Source: an uncultured Pseudomonadota bacterium
GTDB taxonomy: Bacteria > Myxococcota_A > Polyangia > Fen-1088
Assembly (NCBI GenBank): GCA_963737345.1
Contig: CAVTSM010000003.1
Location: 2,099,171-2,163,170 of the forward strand
DNA: 64,000 nucleotides
Reading direction: 5' to 3'
Below are positions 61,219-64,000 of this stretch, in pieces. A program made the translations under genes and the position numbers. The notes beneath the pieces were generated by a model. That model worked only from the letters and a program-made list of their open reading frames with translations. It was not told the origin of the DNA and searched no databases. Every line of letters starts with the position of its first letter. The stretch's first letter is position 1.

Positions 61219-61392
61219 TGGATCCACCTCGCCCCGCTCGACCTTAAGTTTCCACGAACTGTCAAAGGCAACGTGAGCTCTCTTTCGCCGAGATCAAGGA
61301 ACGGTTCCGTCCCCGGTACGCCGTCCGGTGCCTCTTGGTACGCTGCCGCCAGCACACCAGGCGGCCGTGGCGAGGTGCGCCGATTCTTTCAG

Positions 61393-62430
61393 ATGAACCT
61401 GGCGGTGCTGGGCGTGGCGACCTGCTTCGCGCTGGTCTACCGGTTCGTGAATGCCCTCTTCATCCTGTTCGTCGGGATCGCGATCGGGATGGCCGTCAAG
61501 CCGGGCGTCGAATGGCTCCGGCGGCGCGGCGTCCCACGAAGTGTGGGGGCGCTGGGCATCTACCTGGCGCTGGCCGGCGTCTTCGGTGGAGCCGCCCTGC
61601 TGGTCAGCCCGGCCATCACCGACGGGATGAGCGCGCTGGTCGCGCGCGGCCCCAAGCAACTCGAGAGCCTGCGCGCCGAGATGGCCCGCTCTGAAAGCTC
61701 GACGCTGCGGCACCTGGCCGAGGCACGCCTGCCCACGCCGGCGCCGTCCAAGCTGCAAGCGACCACGGTCGTCACGTACGGGGGCGTGCTGGGCCGCAAC
61801 CTGGGGGCTGTCGCCGCCGTCTTGATCATGGGCTTCTACTGGACGCTGGAGGGCGAGCGCCGGACGCGCGTCCTGGCGCTGTTTGCGCCATTCGAGCGCC
61901 GGCGCGCCATCCTGGCGTTCATCGTCGAGGTGGAGCGCACGGTGGGCGCCTACCTGCGCGGCCAATCGCTGGTCTGCGTGACGATCGGCCTCATGGCGTT
62001 CGGCATCTACCGCGCGATGGCCCTGCCCCACGCCACGGCCCTGGGCCTGCTCTACGCGATCGGTGAGGCGGTGCCGGTCGTCGGCCCCATCGTGGGGACG
62101 ACCGCCGCCGCCGTGGTCGCGCTGTCCGTCAAGCCGGCGCTGGTGCTGTGGGTCGCTTGCGCGGCGGCGTTCCTGCAGCTCGCCGAGAACTACGTGCTGG
62201 TCCCGCGCATGATGGGCCGCACCGTCGGCGTGAGCCCGCTGGTGACGCTGTTGGCCATCGCGGCATTCGGGTCGACCCTGGGGATCGCCGGCGCCGTGCT
62301 GGCGATCCCCATCGCCGCCATCGTGCAGCTGCTGCTTTATCGCTTCCTGCTGGGCTCCGAAGCGCGGGCCAGCGATCCCCCGTCGGCCGCGGCCCCCTCA
62401 GCGTCGTGCGCTACGAGATCCACCAGCTGA
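61393..62430 (+). CDS. AI-2E family transporter (UPF0118/PerM-like), C-terminal tail probably frameshifted
   Basis: ATG 61393 (MNLAVLGVATCFALVYRF...). 8 TM helices. The phase-1 frame ends in a low-complexity tail, while phase 0 continues with a structured tail (see 62406-62558). Confidence 0.7.
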   Translation: MNLAVLGVATCFALVYRFVNALFILFVGIAIGMAVKPGVEWLRRRGVPRSVGALGIYLALAGVFGGAALLVSPAITDGMSALVARGPKQLESLRAEMARSESSTLRHLAEARLPTPAPSKLQATTVVTYGGVLGRNLGAVAAVLIMGFYWTLEGERRTRVLALFAPFERRRAILAFIVEVERTVGAYLRGQSLVCVTIGLMAFGIYRAMALPHATALGLLYAIGEAVPVVGPIVGTTAAAVVALSVKPALVLWVACAAAFLQLAENYVLVPRMMGRTVGVSPLVTLLAIAAFGSTLGIAGAVLAIPIAAIVQLLLYRFLLGSEARASDPPSAAAPSASCATRSTS

Positions 62431-62558
62431 CGCGCGACGTGCGCAAGCGCCTCTCGGTCACGGACGATCGCGCCGCCACCGAACGCGTCGAAGATGCCAT
62501 CGAGGGGATCGCGTACGACCTGGATCGCCTGCTGGCCGACCGCGAGGGGCGGCCATGA
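62406..62558 (+). other. 50-codon phase-0 ORF between the AI-2E genes: either a frameshifted C-terminal tail of AI-2E #1 or a separate small gene
   Basis: GTG...RYEIHQLTRDVRKRLSVTDDRAATERVEDAIEGIAYDLDRLLADREGRP*. It resembles the cytoplasmic tail of paralog #2 (..IEQRIGHLRRRLLSLSEDEALQLGNVIERLETL..). A C5 run at 62390-62394 lies just upstream. Its stop overlaps the ATG of gene #2 (ATGA). Confidence 0.4.
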
Positions 62559-63730
62559 GGCGCGTGGCCGTCGCAACGGCCGTGTCGCTGGCCACGTTGA
62601 TGGCCGTCGTGCTGCTCTGGAAGTTCGCCGGCGTCGCCGCGCTGTTCGTCATCTCGCTGGCCGTGGCTGCGACCGTGCGGCCGCTCATCGAATCGGTGGA
62701 GCGCCAGCTGGGGCGCAACCTGGCGTTGGTGGTGGTGTACCTGTCCGGCATGACGGTCCTGGCCGTCTTCGTGTACGTCGCCCTTCACGGGTTGCTGGGC
62801 GAGGTGGACCTGGCCATCGATCGCCTGACCGGCTCGTACGGCGCGCTCACCGTCCGCCCGCCGTCATCCGCTGGTCCCATTCGGCGCCTTCTTTACGAAC
62901 GGCTTCCCAAACCGGCGGCCCTCTATCACGCCATCGCGGCCTCCCGTCCTGCGGCGCTGTTGGACGCCGCGCTGAACATGACGCTGAACCTGATCGATCT
63001 GCTGGGCGGCTTTCTGATGGTGGTGGCGCTGTCCGCATACTGGAGCGCCAGCCACGAATCCTTCGAGCGAATCTGGTTGTCGCTGATCCCGGCGCCCCAA
63101 CGTCCGCGCGCCCGCAGCATCTGGCGCGGCATCGAGGCCGCCGTCGGGGCTCACCTGCGCGCGGAGCTGGCCGAAAGCGCCATCGCGATGCTCCTGGTTG
63201 CCATCGCGTTTCGTCTGGGGCACATCCCGACGCCGATCCTGCCGGCGCTGGCCGTCGGTCTCCTGCGAATCGTGCCCTTCTTTGGGCCTGTTCTGGCGGC
63301 AGCCGCGGCCGCCCTGGCCGGTTGGGCCGTCGACGGCCAGGTGGCCGCCGTGGTGGGCCTGGCCACCCTGGCGCTGCTGCTGGGGATGGAACGGGGTGTC
63401 GCGCGGCATGTGTTCCAGGTGCACCGCGCCAGCCCGACCCTGACCGTCGTGGCCGCCATCCTGTTCGTCGAAGTCTTCGGGACGCCGGGACTGCTTCTGG
63501 CGTCGACGGCCGCCATCGCGGCCGAAGCGGCCATCGAGCGCGTCATCCGCACCCACCCGCGACGAGAGCGGCCCAACCGCACCCTGGCGCAAATCGAGCA
63601 GCGAATCGGTCACCTGCGCCGCCGGCTGCTGTCGCTGTCCGAAGATGAGGCTCTGCAGCTGGGCAACGTCATCGAGCGGCTGGAGACGCTGGCGACCACC
63701 GCCCGCGCCGCCGCGTCCGACCCGCGCTGA
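62555..63730 (+). CDS. AI-2E family transporter (tandem paralog)
   Basis: MRRVAVATAVSLATLMAVVLLWKF...; same topology as #1. Confidence 0.75.
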   Translation: MRRVAVATAVSLATLMAVVLLWKFAGVAALFVISLAVAATVRPLIESVERQLGRNLALVVVYLSGMTVLAVFVYVALHGLLGEVDLAIDRLTGSYGALTVRPPSSAGPIRRLLYERLPKPAALYHAIAASRPAALLDAALNMTLNLIDLLGGFLMVVALSAYWSASHESFERIWLSLIPAPQRPRARSIWRGIEAAVGAHLRAELAESAIAMLLVAIAFRLGHIPTPILPALAVGLLRIVPFFGPVLAAAAAALAGWAVDGQVAAVVGLATLALLLGMERGVARHVFQVHRASPTLTVVAAILFVEVFGTPGLLLASTAAIAAEAAIERVIRTHPRRERPNRTLAQIEQRIGHLRRRLLSLSEDEALQLGNVIERLETLATTARAAASDPR

Positions 63731-63744
63731 AGCGGATACAGACT

Positions 63745-64000
63745 CTACAGGCTGCGAAAGTCGGCGACGCCCGTCGCGCGCGCCAGCGAGGACATCGCGA
63801 TGTCCAGATCGTAGACCGCCTGCAGGTAGCGGGTGCGCATCCCGAAGAACGCGACCAGCGCGTCGGAAAAGTCGCGACTTTCGGCCAGGCCAAGCGCGAA
63901 ATTCTGAGCCACCGCCGAAATCCAGGCTCGGCCCGCCTTCTCGCCCCGTTCCATGCTGTCGGCTCGGGCGCGAGCCTCGGTCAGCTCGCCGTACGCCTTT
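63745..64000 (-). CDS. C-terminal end of an outer-membrane efflux (TolC-like) protein, 5' part outside window
   Basis: ...YLQAVYDLDIAMSSLARATGVADFRSL* resembles a TolC-family C-terminal repeat. Partial, weak call. Confidence 0.35.
   Translation of the reverse strand, partial: KAYGELTEARARADSMERGEKAGRAWISAVAQNFALGLAESRDFSDALVAFFGMRTRYLQAVYDLDIAMSSLARATGVADFRSL

Overview
This 64 kb window is a ~70% GC bacterial chromosomal segment with no tRNA, rRNA, CRISPR or IS/transposase signal. Three Ser/Thr kinases carrying C-terminal PEGA-like domains, each beside a single-domain receiver, a dense run of secreted proteins, and a sigma-54-like promoter are consistent with Myxococcota; that lineage call is inference only. 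The provided ORF track is full of long antisense 'shadow' ORFs, as expected at this GC content, and I discarded them. Many true starts are internal ATG/GTG/TTG codons that sit in 4-nt (ATGA/GTGA) or 1-nt (TGATG) overlaps with the upstream stop.

Housekeeping content:
- amt (3'-partial) next to formamidase amiF.
- leuA (long form) and ppa.
- rtcB.
- rplM-rpsI.
- An aminotransferase.
- A SplB-like radical-SAM repair gene preceded by a GAAC-N4-GTTC palindrome.

Loci I consider most likely to be undescribed or unusual:
1. An eight-gene, translationally coupled minus-strand operon (14350-21053). It encodes a membrane protein, a LolA-like secreted protein, a YidD-like protein, two paralogous secreted proteins sharing a C-terminal PGLG/Gly-rich two-helix membrane module, a J-domain/zinc-finger protein, a B12-binding radical-SAM enzyme with a Cx4Cx2C motif, and a TIGR02466-type 2OG-Fe oxygenase.
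2. A ~13 kb envelope locus made of two convergent operons whose stop codons are only 7 nt apart. The plus operon encodes a single polypeptide with four tandem DsbA domains (CPFC/CPYC/CPFC/CPFC), a TlpA-like redoxin, an MFS transporter and two SAM methyltransferases. The minus operon encodes a PEGA Ser/Thr kinase, a methyltransferase::Dpm1-like GT2 fusion, a membrane protein, a GT39/PMT-type glycosyltransferase (DE...HPPLAK) and a further methyltransferase. Together they look like a polyprenyl-phosphate-sugar glycosylation system with methylation.
3. A TlyA-like 2'-O-methyltransferase domain (no S4 domain) fused to a THUMP plus NPPYG RNA methyltransferase.
4. larB-larC (nickel-pincer cofactor) in an operon with a GAF-PAS-DHp protein that lacks an ATPase domain.
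5. An orphan small protein whose C-terminus resembles T3SS needle/rod (SctF/SctI) proteins.

Other observations:
- Two genes, an ECF sigma factor and the first AI-2E transporter, are split by a 1-nt frameshift in the same direction at G4/C5 homopolymers. This may be assembly error or genuine pseudogenisation.
- There is a 90%-identical duplicated 3' fragment of the GH8 gene.
- Three 10-bp direct repeats lie upstream of an aldo-keto reductase gene.
- An AT-rich island with GC hairpins precedes leuA.
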